In this document: one piece after another, positions 62,811-64,000 of the stretch
Numbering within the stretch: the first letter of the stretch is position 1
How the letters are laid out: the number at the start of each line of letters is the position of its first letter
Assembly: GCA_951406725.2 (NCBI GenBank)
Contig: OX597814.1
Location: 62,248,001 to 62,312,000 of the forward strand
Source: Octopus vulgaris
Lineage: Eukaryota
Length of the DNA stretch: 64,000 nt
Reading direction: 5' to 3'
Notes under the pieces: generated by a model
Told to the model about the DNA's origin: nothing
Seen by the model: only the letters and a program-made list of their open reading frames with translations
Databases searched by the model: none
Made by a program: the position numbers and the translations under genes

Positions 62811-63604
62811 CATCATCATCATTTAACATCCACCTCCCATGCTGGCATGGGTTGGATAGTTTGACACAAGCTGGCCAGGAAGAAGACTACATCAGGTTAC
62901 TGTGTCTGTTTTGGCATGGTTTTTATGACTGGATGCCCTTCCTAACACCAACCACCTCGCAGAGTGGACTGATTGCTTTTTACGTGGCACCAGCACATGC
63001 GAGGTCAGTTTTGGCATGGTATTTATAGCTAGACGCCTATCAAATGCCAACCGCTTCACAATTTGGACTGGATGTCTTTTATGTGGCACCAGCACTGGCA
63101 GGGTCACCAAGTAACTTGCAAGACAAGAAATATTGAGAGAGGAAGGAGCATTAGAGGAGGTGATCTTGTGTCAGATGATGAAAGGTTAGAGTGTGTCAGA
63201 AACAGAAACAGGTGTTTTGCTACAGAGGAGGTACATGGTTACCTAACCAGAGAGAGAGAGAGAGAGAGACCTAATTAGAAAGAGGATAGAAACAGGTGTG
63301 CTGATGTAAAGGAGATACTTGGTTACCTAGCCATAGAGAAGAGCAACAGAGGGAAAGAGAAAGTGATTAAGAATGAGGAGGCCTGACTCATCGTTATTGG
63401 TTTGCAGCTTCAGTTCCCGGACTGGGCAGCACATTGTGTTCTTTGAACAAACCACTCCACACAGCTGTAAATGAGTGCCAGCCACTGCTTGTGCAACTGT
63501 CACATTCTGGATACTTCAGTGGGTCAAATGTGAGAAAGACCAAGAAAGTGTCTACATCAACCTGCAACTACATAAACACTTAAAACAATTACATAACACA
63601 ATTA

Positions 63605-63822
63605 CACTTATTTCTTTATTGCCCACAAGGGGCTAAACATAGAGGGGACAAACAAGGACAGACAAAAGGATTAAGTCGATTACATTGACCCCAGTGCATA
63701 ACTGGTTCTTAATTTATCAACCCCGAAAGGATGAAAGGCAAAGTTGACCTTGGTGGAATTTGAACTCAAAACATAATGGCAGACGAAATACCGCTAGGCA
63801 TTTTGCCCAGCGTGCTAACACT
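63605..63822 (-). mobile_element. tRNA-derived SINE (inverted copy of 52025)
   Basis: CTTATTTCTTTATTGCCCACAAGGGGCTA...GGATGAAAGGCAAAGTTGAC...GAATTTGAACTC is the reverse complement of the 52025 copy. Confidence 0.8.
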
Positions 63823-64000
63823 TAAAGCCACTTCATGGTTTCGTTTAATGGTAATGTTTTCTAGTGTTTAGAGTTAATGTTATGCCAAGATAATTTGCTA
63901 TGGTTAAGTTCATATATATGGATATGGATGATTTTAGGTCAGACTCTTTGAAAGTATTTATTAGGTTTTTTCTAAATTTATCTTATTTATCTTCATCTGT

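Overview
AT-rich, repeat-dense eukaryotic genomic DNA. The SINE/LINE/microsatellite complement suggests a coleoid cephalopod (Octopus-like); this is an inference. Two host genes diverge from a ~21 kb transposon-filled spacer. On the minus strand is the first coding exon of the mitochondrial Rho GTPase Miro (18654-18615, MVRKDVRILLVGD); I found no exon 2 in the window. On the plus strand are nine coding exons of PNKP (40912-62380): FHA domain, a long basic linker and the HAD phosphatase domain, with the kinase domain lying beyond the window end. The rest is mostly decayed mobile DNA: mariner, maT/DD37D, Tigger, hAT, Chapaev-3, MITEs, Ty3/gypsy fragments and solo LTRs, RTE and CR1-like LINEs, Penelope-like (PLE) remnants and tRNA-derived SINEs, with several nested insertions. 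The most unusual signals are: (1) a head-to-head pair of a tRNA-headed element whose body carries a PLE-type minimal hammerhead ribozyme motif; (2) further unrelated hammerhead-like motifs clustered at 30.8-32.1 kb; (3) a C4HC3 PHD-like finger embedded inside the RT of the dominant RTE LINE; (4) long foldback hairpins and inverted SINE pairs in the PNKP introns. Most ORFs in the supplied track are spurious or TE fragments. No prokaryotic-type systems (CRISPR, operons) are present.
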